A DNA stretch of 64,000 nucleotides from NCBI GenBank assembly GCA_037131105.1, contig JBAXRQ010000001.1:830217-894216 (forward strand). The letters run 5' to 3'. Shown one piece after another: positions 1-13,000 of the stretch. The DNA is from a bacterium (lineage in GTDB: Bacteria > Patescibacteriota > UBA1384 > CAILIB01). The position numbers and the translations under genes are program-made. The stretch's first letter is position 1; each line of letters starts with the position of its first letter. The notes under the pieces are model-generated. The model did no database searches and was not told where the DNA came from. It saw nothing but the letters and a program-made list of their open reading frames with translations.

Positions 1-76
1 CAAAACATCTTGGTCTCGGTGGAAAGCTCTACATGGACCTCAAGACCGATGACATACGTGAAGGGAAGAGAAGACA

Positions 77-577
77 TCAGGAAAGTACTCCAAGCTGATA
101 AAGCGCCTTGCGGAAGGTGGTCACCGTGACAGTGGCCTGCTGTGGGCTTACCTGGACGCCGACTTCGTGGGCCAGGGTGTTGCGCAGCTTGTGGGCATCC
201 CAGATCTCCTGGTAGAAGCTGTCGTTGAAGTGCCCCTTGAAGGCCCGTAGGCGGTCAGCCATGGTCTCGCCAGGAGCGCCCAGTACGCGCAGGGCGTTGT
301 CGAATATCTTGTCAGCCTCGGAGATGGCCTGGTGCTGACTGGCCGACTGCAGCACATGCAGCTCCACGTCCTGCCAAGCCTCAGCCAGACGGGCCAGCTC
401 GGCCTTACGAATGGAGTTACCGCCTTTAGATCCAGGCTTGCCAAAAAGACTACGGAAGATCCAGCCGATCACCTGGGCAAAGCCCACAATGAAGGCCTCC
501 ACGGCGGCCGTCTCGGCGGCCGGGCCGTTGTTTGAGTTTCGCTTGCGATTACGATGGTTGTAGGATGACTGAGCCAT
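77..577 (-). CDS. Hypothetical protein with HEPN-like Rx4H motif (AHKLRNTLAHE)
   Basis: 166-aa ORF. The C-terminal R-N-T-L-A-H-E stretch fits the HEPN Rx4-6H motif. No partner gene lies inside the window. Confidence 0.4.
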   Translation of the reverse strand: MAQSSYNHRNRKRNSNNGPAAETAAVEAFIVGFAQVIGWIFRSLFGKPGSKGGNSIRKAELARLAEAWQDVELHVLQSASQHQAISEADKIFDNALRVLGAPGETMADRLRAFKGHFNDSFYQEIWDAHKLRNTLAHEVGVQVSPQQATVTVTTFRKALYQLGVLS

Positions 578-1075
578 ATGGTCCTATGCTAGCAGGTTGT
601 AAGGAGAGGTTCCACTCTCTGTAGACGACTGTGCCGCCGCCCCAGGAGGGCAGCGGCACGAGAAACCACAATACATACACCGACTAAGGTGGGCTAACTA
701 CCAGAAAGGTGGCCAGTCCTGCCGCCATGGCCAACAGCAGCAGGATCTTAAAGGTTCGGCGATAGGTGGACCAGGACCCCCAGTTTACATAGGAGAAATA
801 CTCCCGAACACTGCGCACGACTACCTTCGGGAACGTCAGCAGGTTATACAAATAGTACCCAAGACTAATCATCTTACCCCTTTCAAAAGATCGTCACGTG
901 CTCTGGAAGGTAACTCGCACCCAGACAGCAAAGGCATACATCATTACGGCGATGCAACCTACGTCAACCCAAAATGCCCATGCTCTTTTCACAAAATGCC
1001 ACATCACCTATCTCTCCTTCCCTAATTGGAAACATGAGAGAAACTATAGCAGAGTTCTTCCTGACTGAAAAGGCC

Positions 1076-1747
1076 CTAAGGCTTGCTGATCTCGAAGCCA
1101 GTGATCTTAATCGGAGTAGTAGGCTTGTCATTCCCGTCGACCGGCACCGAGGCAAGGGCGGTCACTACCGCCATCGACTTGTCGTCGGCCACCTGGCCAA
1201 AGAGGGTGTACTTGTCAGGTGTAAGTGCGGACAACCCGCCGGCGGTCACGTCGTTGGTCACGATATAGAACTGACTGCCGTTCGTGCCGGGGCCGGCGTT
1301 GGCCATGCCGACGCTTCCCTTCTGATACTGGTGGGCGGTATTATTCTCATCCTTGAACTTAGCGCCATAGATGCTGGTGCCGCCGGTGCCGCTACCGGTA
1401 GGATCGCCGCCCTGGACCACAAAGTCCTTGATGACCCGGTGGAAGATAATGCCGTTGTAGTAGCCCCGCTTGCCTAGGGTGGCAAAGTTCATCACCGTCA
1501 TGGGGGTCTGGTCAGGGTACAGATCAATGGTGATAGCGCCCTTGTCGGTTTTCAGAATCACCTGGTGGGCCGAGACCGCGTCGCTCGGAGTGGCTCCCGG
1601 CGAGACGGCCGGGGTGGGCGTTGAGGTCGAAGAGGAGCCGGTGCTGCCGTAGTTGTCAGTTGAATCCGAGGAGCCTTTGTACATAAGAAGTGCGATTAGG
1701 GGTATGGCTAGAACTACGATGATGGCGATAAGCGTGGTGGGCTTCAT
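1076..1747 (-). CDS. ppiB: Peptidyl-prolyl cis-trans isomerase, cyclophilin type, membrane-anchored
   Basis: Cyclophilin signature HRVIKDFVVQGGDPTGSGTGG. N-terminal TM helix followed by a Ser/Thr/Pro-rich linker. Confidence 0.85.
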   Translation of the reverse strand: MKPTTLIAIIVVLAIPLIALLMYKGSSDSTDNYGSTGSSSTSTPTPAVSPGATPSDAVSAHQVILKTDKGAITIDLYPDQTPMTVMNFATLGKRGYYNGIIFHRVIKDFVVQGGDPTGSGTGGTSIYGAKFKDENNTAHQYQKGSVGMANAGPGTNGSQFYIVTNDVTAGGLSALTPDKYTLFGQVADDKSMAVVTALASVPVDGNDKPTTPIKITGFEISKP

Positions 1748-1756
1748 ACGGGTTAA

Positions 1757-3253
1757 TTACTGGTTAAGCAGGGGAGCCGGCTGTTTGTGCCACTCCGTCA
1801 CCTGCTGGTAAGCTGCCCCCACCTTTAGGATCTCCTCCTCACGAAACTTCCCGGCCATCAACTGCAGACCGACGGGCATACCGTCTACGAAGCCGCAGGG
1901 GACTGAGAGCCCGGAAATGACGCCGACGTTCACCGGGACCGTCAGCACGTCTTCCTTGTACATGGCGAGCGGATCACTGACCTTCTCCCCGATTTTGAAG
2001 GCAACGGCAGGGGAGACTGGTGCGGCCAAAACGTCCACCTTCTCAAAGGTCTCGGCAAACTCCTGGGCAATCACCGTTCGCACCCGTTCAGCCTCATTGT
2101 AATACTGGTCATAGTAGCCGGAAGACAATACGTGCGCGCCAAGGATGATACGCCGCTTCACCTCCGCCCCCAGGTACTCTCCCCTCGTCTTGGAGTAGAC
2201 GTCGTTGAGGCTAGTCCCCGCCTTTGGATCGTTCCTCTCGATGGACTGGCCGAAGTGGATGCCGTCGTACCGGGCCATATTTGAGGAGACCTCGGCAGGC
2301 ACTAGAATGTAATAGGCGGCAATGGCGTAGCGCAAATGCGGCAGGCTGACCTCGACGATCTCCGCGCCTTGGGCTTTCAAGACCTCGATCCCCTCTCGTA
2401 CTAGCTGCTCGCAGCGCGGATCCACCCCTTCACCGAAGAACTCTGCCGCCACTCCCACTCTCACACCCTTGAGAGGCTTTTCATTGTCCTTGAGAAGACT
2501 GAGATACGGCTTAACCGGCTCCGGAGAGGAGGTGGCATCCAGGGGATCGACGCCGGAAATGACCTCGAGCACCATGGCGGCATCGCGCACGGTCTTGGCA
2601 AGGACCCCGGTCTGGTCAAATGACGAGGCCATGGGCAGTTCACCGAAACGACTCACCCGCCCGTAGGTAGGACGAAGCCCGGTCACTCCGCAAAAGCCAG
2701 CGGGCTGGCGGATGGAGCCTCCCGTGTCAGTACCTATAGCAAACATACCGAAGTGGGCGGCCATGCTGGCAGCCGGTCCACCGCTGGAGCCTCCGGCGAC
2801 CCTTTCGAGGTTCCAGGGATTACGAGTAACGCCATAGTACGAGTTCTCGGTGGAGCCTCCCATGGTGAACTCATCAGTATTGGTCTTGCCAAGCAGTACG
2901 GCTCCGGCCTCGCAGAGCTTCCTGTAGACAGTAGCGTCGTAAGGAGCCTGCCAGTCCTCCAAGATGTGGGAGCTAGCTGTAGTAGGCGAGTCTTTAGTGG
3001 CATAGACGTCCTTGAGATTGTAGGGAATGCCGTCCAGAGGGCCTAGGGCTTTGCCTGCGGCGCGACGGGCGTCACTTTCGACCGCCTGGCGACGAGCAAG
3101 GTCTGCCTCCACCCTTACAAAGGCATTCACTTTTCCATCCAGCTTTTCAATCTGGGCCAGACAGGCTTTCGTTAACTCCACCGAAGTAAAGTGCCCAGCC
3201 ACAAGGCCGGCAGAGGCTTCCTCAACGGTAAGTAAATGAAGATTCTCAGACAT
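1757..3253 (-). CDS. gatA: Glu-tRNA(Gln)/Asp-tRNA(Asn) amidotransferase subunit A
   Basis: 498 aa with the amidase signature GGSSGG. Sits directly after gatC. Confidence 0.9.
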   Translation of the reverse strand: MSENLHLLTVEEASAGLVAGHFTSVELTKACLAQIEKLDGKVNAFVRVEADLARRQAVESDARRAAGKALGPLDGIPYNLKDVYATKDSPTTASSHILEDWQAPYDATVYRKLCEAGAVLLGKTNTDEFTMGGSTENSYYGVTRNPWNLERVAGGSSGGPAASMAAHFGMFAIGTDTGGSIRQPAGFCGVTGLRPTYGRVSRFGELPMASSFDQTGVLAKTVRDAAMVLEVISGVDPLDATSSPEPVKPYLSLLKDNEKPLKGVRVGVAAEFFGEGVDPRCEQLVREGIEVLKAQGAEIVEVSLPHLRYAIAAYYILVPAEVSSNMARYDGIHFGQSIERNDPKAGTSLNDVYSKTRGEYLGAEVKRRIILGAHVLSSGYYDQYYNEAERVRTVIAQEFAETFEKVDVLAAPVSPAVAFKIGEKVSDPLAMYKEDVLTVPVNVGVISGLSVPCGFVDGMPVGLQLMAGKFREEEILKVGAAYQQVTEWHKQPAPLLNQ

Positions 3254-3254
3254 A

Positions 3255-3578
3255 TCAGGCTCCAGTCACTTCCTCGCCGAGCACGGCACGCACTTCAATA
3301 AACGCCCCTTCACGGGCCGGGGCGCCGGCAAGTAGTGAGTCACGGGCCACCGTACGAGGATCGTCCTCACCCCGTACCACATCAGCTGCTAGCACATTGG
3401 TCATGCCGGTGACGCCCAGGGGCTGCTTCACCTTGGAAGTATCCACTTCGGAAAGCTGCTCGACATAGCCGACAATACCGGTCAGCTGACTAGCAAACCG
3501 CTCCTGCTCTTCACTGGAAAGTTCCAGCCGAGACAAGTGAGCTAAGTGCGAAATGTGATCTGAAGTAAGCTCTGACAT
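3255..3578 (-). CDS. gatC: Amidotransferase subunit C
   Basis: 107 aa. Typical GatC N-terminus and position immediately upstream of gatA. Confidence 0.8.
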   Translation of the reverse strand: MSELTSDHISHLAHLSRLELSSEEQERFASQLTGIVGYVEQLSEVDTSKVKQPLGVTGMTNVLAADVVRGEDDPRTVARDSLLAGAPAREGAFIEVRAVLGEEVTGA

Positions 3579-3656
3579 ATAGGTTTACTTTAGCAGGTCA
3601 GTGGATTGACTGCCAGCCATATACCGACTATTGTTGGTGGGTTCTAGGTTTTCCCG

Positions 3657-4166
3657 ATGGGAGAGGAGTTTTTTATGACACCATTAGCAGTGGCCGCCGC
3701 GGCGGCACCGGTAGCATTGATAGCAGGTTTTGTCCTTCGAAAGATAAGGACTCCGACCCAAGGACCTCACGTCTTCTCGGCGCACGCTCATCAGATCTAC
3801 GTCATCAATCTGTCGCAAAGCACGGCAGGAGGTACCGACATTCAGGTCAAACAGGTTAAGACGCTGCATACCATCCCCCGCACCCTCAAGGTGAGCCTTA
3901 GCGATCGGACGGCAGCATGCAGGATCACCGTCTCAACCCAAGACGCCATCAGGTACTGTCAGGGCCATCCCATGGGTGGCGACATGTCCGACGCGATAAT
4001 TGCCGGGATACGCCGACGGTTCAAAAGGTGTCCGTTTCTCCTGGATAAGAAATCTGACGGGTTCACAGAAGAGGGTTTTATGATCACCTACACCCTGGAA
4101 CCACTACCATCTGACCAAGCTAAGGCGGCTCTCACAATGCAGAGCCCACCGACTGGCCCCGCTTAA
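3657..4166 (+). CDS. Hypothetical protein with N-terminal TM helix
   Basis: 169-aa ORF divergent from gatC. No recognisable motif. Confidence 0.3.
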   Translation: MGEEFFMTPLAVAAAAAPVALIAGFVLRKIRTPTQGPHVFSAHAHQIYVINLSQSTAGGTDIQVKQVKTLHTIPRTLKVSLSDRTAACRITVSTQDAIRYCQGHPMGGDMSDAIIAGIRRRFKRCPFLLDKKSDGFTEEGFMITYTLEPLPSDQAKAALTMQSPPTGPA

Positions 4167-4218
4167 CAGAGATATCCCGAAAGAGGCGTCGTCGTCGAGA
4201 CGACGCCCTTTTCACGCC

Positions 4219-7031
<2,813 letters not shown>

Positions 7032-7136
7032 TCAGGATTCTATATAAATGTATCGACATTCTTGGCTCCACAATCTATAAAGACCTCAGCCACCGCGTAC
7101 ACATAGCGGAGGCGAATACAGATTCGGAGGTTTACC

Positions 7137-7910
7137 ATGGGTAAACAGACTAGGACAACGCTGTTGAAGAAGGGACCCTTTCTGGGGTCGGTCGCATGTG
7201 ATGACTGGACAGAATGGCAGTCGGCTTGGTCAACGACCAAGGATCTTACGTGCAAGGCCGCTCTGGTCAAACGGCTTGGCAGACAGATCAGCCAACCAGG
7301 CTTTGCAAAGTCCAGGAATGAAATCATCGAATGTCTTCTTGAGGTCGCCGAAAGGCTGTTCGAGGACCTCCAATTCGCTGACGGGATACTTTGGGAAAGC
7401 GACAAGCCGACCATAGTTGAGGCCCGCAATCTACTTGCCACAACCATTTTCACTACCGTCCAGTGCCTCGGATGGGACGACGATGACAATAAGCTCAGAG
7501 ACATCCACTTTGCTCAAGGAGAACGCATTAAGCGCATCCTGACGCTTCTCTCAAACGTTTCCTGCTTTTACAGAATGCCCGAATTGATCAAGAAGGATCA
7601 GTATCGCCGCCCCACGGAAGAGTTCCTTGGTCGTTTACTGGGAACACTCTGGGGAATGCATGAAGTACAGGTTTACGAGGCGGCTAGCCGCTGGCAACTA
7701 TGGCAGCTTCTCGACAAGTACCGCAACCGCGGCAGGACCACTCTCTACTCCTGCTTGCTTAAGCTCTTGGAAGAAACGGCCCCTTCGGAGGTCACCTCGC
7801 TCATGGAAGCATTCGGGAGCCAAAATAAGCCGACTGTAGAAATTGCTGCACAGCTCGTGCTATCTGCCGGCGCATCAGGGATAAAGGAGATACGTTTTCG
7901 CGAAAAATAG
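7137..7910 (+). CDS. Hypothetical protein
   Basis: 257-aa ORF on the opposite strand to the surrounding operons. No recognisable domain. Confidence 0.35.
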   Translation: MGKQTRTTLLKKGPFLGSVACDDWTEWQSAWSTTKDLTCKAALVKRLGRQISQPGFAKSRNEIIECLLEVAERLFEDLQFADGILWESDKPTIVEARNLLATTIFTTVQCLGWDDDDNKLRDIHFAQGERIKRILTLLSNVSCFYRMPELIKKDQYRRPTEEFLGRLLGTLWGMHEVQVYEAASRWQLWQLLDKYRNRGRTTLYSCLLKLLEETAPSEVTSLMEAFGSQNKPTVEIAAQLVLSAGASGIKEIRFREK

Positions 7911-7975
7911 CTCAAATCAGGCGATCATCAAAGAGCCGGACGGGAATTCCCGTCCGGCTCGACCTGTTTTTGTGC

Positions 7976-8875
7976 CTATAAATGCATCCCGCTGCCCTTT
8001 TGCAGCGCTTCGATCCGCTTCTCGATGGGCGGATGGGTATCGAACAGGCTGGCAAACCACATCCTGCCGTGCAGTGGATTGGCGAAGTACATATGGGCAC
8101 TCCCCTTGTTGGCCACTTCCAGCGGCTCCTCGTCCCCGCCTATCTTCTTCAGAGCTGAGATCAGCCCCTCAGGGTAGCGGGTAAGCAGCACTCCGTTGGC
8201 ATCAGCCATGAACTCCCGCTTACGGGAGATAGCCAGCTGGATCAGGGCGGCTGCTACCGGTGCCAGAATTGCCAGGGCTATGGCGATCACCATCAGAATG
8301 GCCCCGCCCTCACCGTTATTGTCCCGCCGTCTGCCGCCGCCAAACCACATGCTGCGCAGCATGATGTCGGAGATCAAAGCGATAAGCCCCGCCATCACCA
8401 TGACCAGACTCATCAGTCTGATGTCCTCATTTCCCACATGGGAGAGCTCGTGGGCCAGGACGCCGGCCAGCTCATTGTCATCCAGCTGCTGGATGGCCCC
8501 CAGGGTCACGGCGATAGACGAGTGCTTGGGATCCCTACCGGTGGCAAAGGCGTTCAGGGCCGTATCATTGATCAGGTAGAGCTTCGGCATGGGCAGGCCG
8601 GAAGTGATCGAGAGGTTCTCCACTATCTTATACACGTTGCCAAACTGGTTCTGGTCCAAAGGAATGGCCCGAGCCGTCAACAAGGCGATGGTATCTGAGT
8701 GAAAATAGGCCACCCAGCCCTGTATCACGCTCACCATCACCGCGAAGAGGAAGACAGCGCTGGAATCAAAGTAATAGGAAGCACCCCACCCTATGGCCCA
8801 GATCAGGGCTACATAGACAGAGAGGTAAACCCATGTCTTATTACGATTTGAGGATACTTGGGTGTAGAGGGTCAT
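7976..8875 (-). CDS. htpX: Zn-dependent protease HtpX (M48)
   Basis: HELSHV zinc motif and multiple TM segments. Confidence 0.85.
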   Translation of the reverse strand: MTLYTQVSSNRNKTWVYLSVYVALIWAIGWGASYYFDSSAVFLFAVMVSVIQGWVAYFHSDTIALLTARAIPLDQNQFGNVYKIVENLSITSGLPMPKLYLINDTALNAFATGRDPKHSSIAVTLGAIQQLDDNELAGVLAHELSHVGNEDIRLMSLVMVMAGLIALISDIMLRSMWFGGGRRRDNNGEGGAILMVIAIALAILAPVAAALIQLAISRKREFMADANGVLLTRYPEGLISALKKIGGDEEPLEVANKGSAHMYFANPLHGRMWFASLFDTHPPIEKRIEALQKGSGMHL

Positions 8876-8899
8876 ATGAGCGTCAGAACGCCCCCGAAA

Positions 8900-9460
8900 C
8901 TAGAACTCGACTTTGACCGGCTGCTTAGCGGCAGCCTCGTCAAGTACAAAGAGATCCTTCTTGGAAAAGCCGAGCATGCTGGCGAAGAGGCTGGTAGGCA
9001 GAGTCTGCAGCTTGGTATTGAAGTCACGCACGGTGGCGTTGTAGAAGCGACGGGCAGCCTCGATCTTGTTCTCTGTGTCGGTAAGCTCTGAAGACAGCTG
9101 CTGGAAGTTCGCCGTGGACTTCAGGTCGGGATAGTTCTCGGCGACGGCAAATACAGACCGCAGGGCGCCGGTCAGCATGTTCTCTGCCTTCTGCTGCTCA
9201 GCCAGTCCTTGTCCGCCGGCGGCGATGGCATTGGCACGGGCCTGGGTAACCTCTTCCAGAACACTCTTCTCCTGCTTCACATAGCCCTTTACCGACTCAA
9301 CCAGGTTAGGAATCAGGTCGTAGCGACGCTTCATCTGGACGTCGATGTCCGAAAGGGCCTCATCAGCCTGGTTGCGGGAAGCGATCAGACCATTGTAGCT
9401 GACAGCGACGAAGAGAAGTAGAAGAACAAGAACAGCGATGATGATATAGGTTGCGGTCAT
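8900..9460 (-). CDS. lemA: LemA family protein
   Basis: N-terminal TM plus the conserved LemA core (RRYDLIPNLVESVKGY). Confidence 0.85.
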   Translation of the reverse strand: MTATYIIIAVLVLLLLFVAVSYNGLIASRNQADEALSDIDVQMKRRYDLIPNLVESVKGYVKQEKSVLEEVTQARANAIAAGGQGLAEQQKAENMLTGALRSVFAVAENYPDLKSTANFQQLSSELTDTENKIEAARRFYNATVRDFNTKLQTLPTSLFASMLGFSKKDLFVLDEAAAKQPVKVEF

Positions 9461-9485
9461 ATGCTCCGATTATAGGTGGTAAATA

Positions 9486-11501
9486 TTAGAATCCGCTGTA
9501 AGGCTCAGAACTGTCAGTTGACGACGTATCCGTCGGACTATCGGTAGGCAGATCAGTAGGCTGGGCCGTAGGGGTAGGCGTTGGCGTGGGAGTAGCCTTT
9601 GCAGCCGGGACAGGCGTTGCCACCGCCACGGGAGCCGTTTGGTTGGTAACCTCGAAGTAGGCGAACGCCTTGCCCTTCTTGGCCTGGGCGTTGGTAGCGT
9701 CCTCCGCAAAGGCGTGCAGCGCATAGGCAGTACCATCCGAACTGTACTCATACCAGTAGGTATCTTTGAGGGGATCCACTGGCAGTTTTGACATGTACGT
9801 CGGCACCATGGCAGTAATCAGATCGGCACTAGCTCCGGTCTGAACCACGCCAGTTACCTTAGGATAAGCACCTGTCTTGGTTTTATACGCTTCCAGGGCT
9901 TTTTGCAAGTCATTCAGGTCGGCCTGACGCTGGGTATCTCGCTGGATGCCGGCGGTAGTGGCTGGAACCACTGGGAGCGGCGGTACCGCCGTAATGGCAC
10001 TTCCGGCCTTGGTTACTCCTTCGCCTGTAGGAACTATCACCACCGTACTTAGGTCATACGTACTGGGGATGTTGGTCAGGAGGATACCAAGCTGGGGAAT
10101 GAAGCCAGTGGCCTCCACCTGCTGTGGCACATTGACCGTGGAAGGTGTCAGCACGGCAGCCAGATTAGTGTCACTGGTTGCGGCTGGCAGAGCAGCATCC
10201 CATGACTTGTAATCATATGCCTCGGTCAGCTGGTAGCTACGCTGCTGGTAGCTGAACTTAATACTCAGGTCGGTATGCAAGGGCTGGGCGGTTTGCCATT
10301 GGTAATAGATGCCGAGAGTGGCAGTAGCGACGGTAGCTCCAGCAGGAAGAGAAACAGCCAACTTGCCACCATCCAGATTATAAGAATAATAAGCCACCTG
10401 CTGGCCCGCCATTTTCTGATAGGAAGTCTCCTTAGTAACTGCAGCGAGAAGCTGGGTCAGCGGCGCCGGCTGCAAGGCAGGGAAGAGTAGACTCTTAGGT
10501 ATACCGTCGGCCTTCACGCTCACCAGGGGATTGCCCGTGTTAGCCGGAAGATTAACCAGCCATTTGCCGTCAAATCCGGTCGCCTTCGTATTTAGATAGA
10601 TAGGCAGCTCAGCGGCAGTATCAATAGTAAGGCCAAGTTTGCCAGAGAGGCCGGCGGCCTTCAAGTCATAACGCAGCGGGTTGGCCGCAGTAATAGCAGT
10701 CTTAATAGTGCCAATGCTATTGCTGGCACTACCAGTATTTCCAGGCAGCGTACTTCCGCTGACCTCGCCTCCGACAATTGCAGTGGAGCCGTTCTCAAGA
10801 TAGGACTGTTTGCCGCCCACATAGGTAGCCGCCTTTCCAGCAACCGCCAAACCGTCGGGACTCAGGCCACTGGCCAGTGAATAGAAAATGGGTAATCGGC
10901 TCCCGCCCAGGGCCAGCACATAGCCCCCGCCCGAAAGCACCACCAGGGCAACGAACAAGCCAACACCGGCAATCAGGCCGATGGAAGGACGGTGGCGGGG
11001 TGGCACGGCTGCCGAAACGGGCGTAGTTGGAACGCCCCGAGGTACCGCCTGCGGTCTTAGTGCGCTTGTCGCTGGTACAATCCCCGGAGATACTGCAGGA
11101 TGCCCAGGCACGATAAGGGGAGGCCCGGCAGGGGCGGGTGCTGCCACCGGAGCAGTCACAGAAGCAGCGACAGGAGTAGTCACTGGGATAGCTGGTGGAG
11201 GCGAAGCAGGCGCCGAAGTACCCAGGCTACGTTTCTTCAGTACGTTCATCGGGCTTAGAGCAGCCAGCTCACGCTCATCGGCCTCCACGTCATCATCCAA
11301 AGGAGAAGATCCGGTAGATGCTGCCACAGGAGCAGTTACGGGGGGTGTTTCCGCAGGCATAGCTACGGGGACCGTCACAGGGACCGTCACCGGAATTGAG
11401 ATCGGTTGGCCAGGCACTACTGGAGTAGCTGGCACAGCCACTGGCACAGCAGGTGGAACGCTGCCGGGAGCCGCATCGGAAGACGATGGGAAAGGAGGCA
11501 T
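9486..11501 (-). CDS. Large Pro/Ala/Thr-rich membrane protein with embedded T2SS-GspG-like pseudopilin domain
   Basis: 671 aa. Low-complexity PVT repeats, one TM helix, and a C-proximal segment (DLQKALEAYKTKTGAYP...YWYEYSSDGTAYALHA) that resembles the GspG/type IV pilin globular domain. Confidence 0.55.
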   Translation of the reverse strand: MPPFPSSSDAAPGSVPPAVPVAVPATPVVPGQPISIPVTVPVTVPVAMPAETPPVTAPVAASTGSSPLDDDVEADERELAALSPMNVLKKRSLGTSAPASPPPAIPVTTPVAASVTAPVAAPAPAGPPLIVPGHPAVSPGIVPATSALRPQAVPRGVPTTPVSAAVPPRHRPSIGLIAGVGLFVALVVLSGGGYVLALGGSRLPIFYSLASGLSPDGLAVAGKAATYVGGKQSYLENGSTAIVGGEVSGSTLPGNTGSASNSIGTIKTAITAANPLRYDLKAAGLSGKLGLTIDTAAELPIYLNTKATGFDGKWLVNLPANTGNPLVSVKADGIPKSLLFPALQPAPLTQLLAAVTKETSYQKMAGQQVAYYSYNLDGGKLAVSLPAGATVATATLGIYYQWQTAQPLHTDLSIKFSYQQRSYQLTEAYDYKSWDAALPAATSDTNLAAVLTPSTVNVPQQVEATGFIPQLGILLTNIPSTYDLSTVVIVPTGEGVTKAGSAITAVPPLPVVPATTAGIQRDTQRQADLNDLQKALEAYKTKTGAYPKVTGVVQTGASADLITAMVPTYMSKLPVDPLKDTYWYEYSSDGTAYALHAFAEDATNAQAKKGKAFAYFEVTNQTAPVAVATPVPAAKATPTPTPTPTAQPTDLPTDSPTDTSSTDSSEPYSGF

Positions 11502-11503
11502 AC

Positions 11504-12802
11504 CTATTTGGTTAATATCTCTAGGGCCTTGCTGACCTGGGCATCAGTAGTACTGGTAGGGGTTCCGTCAGGCAGGGCTACGGTAACGTCGGGACTCAGC
11601 CCCTTGCCGTCGATGGTGACCCCGAGCGGTGTAAACCACTTGGCCACGGTTATTTTGACGCTACCCTTATTACTAAGCGGTACAACTTCCTGGGCACTGC
11701 CCTTGCCGAAGGTCTTGGTGCCAACCAGAGTAGCACGATGATAGTCACGCATAGCGCCGGCAAATATTTCCGAGGCAGAGGCACTGCCACCGTTTACCAG
11801 CACTACCATGGGTATCGTATCCAGTATAGGATCATCGCTGGCCGTATGCACGTCTTGGCTGCCATCTTTGAACTTCTCCACCACGGCCGTGCGCTCCTGT
11901 AAGCGAGAATCAGTTTCCGTCGGATGCCGAGGAATGACCCGTCCGATGGCCTCAACTGCCGAGTCCAGGTAGCCTCCAGGGTTGTCACGCAAGTCGATCA
12001 CTAGGCCCTTTTCATTCTTGGAAGCGGCGTCATGCAGGGCGGCGTCGAGTAGGCCGTTGGTATCACTACCGAACTGATTGACCTTGATATAGGCGAACTG
12101 CTTCTTGTCCCCCAGTGTACTGGAAGTGACGCTCTTAACCGTAATGGTATCGCGCACCAAAGAGACAAGTAGAGGCTTTTCAGCCCCGGCTCTGGCAATG
12201 GTCAACTTCACCGTACTGCCCTTCTCACCTCTGATAGCGTTAATAGCATCGTCGAAGCTCATGGCAGCCACTTTCTTATCCCCTATCTGCACAATGATAT
12301 CACCACCCTTCAGCCCCGCCTTCTGAGCAGGTGTACCATCAAGGGCCGACTCAATGGTAAGCAGGCCGTCCTTTACGTCAAGCTGGGCGCCAATACCTCC
12401 AAAATTACCCTGCAGATCAGACTGAAAGAGGGTATTTTGGCTCGGCGGAAAATAGACCGTGTACGGATCACCGAGGCCAGCCACCATACCTGAGATAGCC
12501 CCCTCCACCCGTTTATTGTCATTGGCGGTACCGTAATAGGTAGAGTCGATGGCATTCCAAGCCTGCCAAAACAGGCCAAGATCTGCCTGCTTGCTCTTGT
12601 CAGGATTCTTGCCATTCAGAATGTAGGCAGGGATGCCGGAGCTAGTGTAGCCCCGAGCCTTCAGGACCACTAGGCCGATGTAGATACCGGCGATCAGGCT
12701 GATCAGCACTAGGCCAAAAAGCAACCCCCCGCCCAGTAGGCGGCGGTGTAGACGATGGCGAGGAGCAGTAGGTATCGGGATCGGGGACGTGTCCTTGAGC
12801 AT
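11504..12802 (-). CDS. ctpA: Carboxyl-terminal processing protease (S41) with PDZ domain
   Basis: N-terminal TM, PDZ region (GGIGAQL) and S41 catalytic region. Confidence 0.85.
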   Translation of the reverse strand: MLKDTSPIPIPTAPRHRLHRRLLGGGLLFGLVLISLIAGIYIGLVVLKARGYTSSGIPAYILNGKNPDKSKQADLGLFWQAWNAIDSTYYGTANDNKRVEGAISGMVAGLGDPYTVYFPPSQNTLFQSDLQGNFGGIGAQLDVKDGLLTIESALDGTPAQKAGLKGGDIIVQIGDKKVAAMSFDDAINAIRGEKGSTVKLTIARAGAEKPLLVSLVRDTITVKSVTSSTLGDKKQFAYIKVNQFGSDTNGLLDAALHDAASKNEKGLVIDLRDNPGGYLDSAVEAIGRVIPRHPTETDSRLQERTAVVEKFKDGSQDVHTASDDPILDTIPMVVLVNGGSASASEIFAGAMRDYHRATLVGTKTFGKGSAQEVVPLSNKGSVKITVAKWFTPLGVTIDGKGLSPDVTVALPDGTPTSTTDAQVSKALEILTK

Positions 12803-12888
12803 ATGGGTTCATTATACGATGAAACTGGCTTCTGGCCAATGATTAATAAACCTAAGAAAAAGCTTTGGCCAGAATGAGGGGTTCTGTT

Positions 12889-13000
12889 TGTGAGCGCATT
12901 TCAAGGAAAAGACGAGCATCGAACCGAGGCGTACTCTTCTGTACGTCGAGGGAGAAGCGGAGGCTTTGACGCTGAAAGTCGCCGCAAGCAGAGGTCCTGG
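12889..13000 (+). repeat. Copy A of a ~115-nt conserved structured element (second copy at 54066..54182)
   Basis: Shares gcatttcaagg...accgaggcgtac-N6-gtacgt[ct]gaggga...gaaag.cgcc with copy B. The internal hairpin GGCGUAC/GUACGUC keeps pairing through a G·U wobble only on the plus strand. Confidence 0.5.

Noticed and set aside
9470-11535. Overlapping ORFs 9470..9751, 9946..10212, 10981..11535 and similar
   Set aside because: These are alternative frames of the GC- and Pro-rich 671-aa gene, with no independent support.
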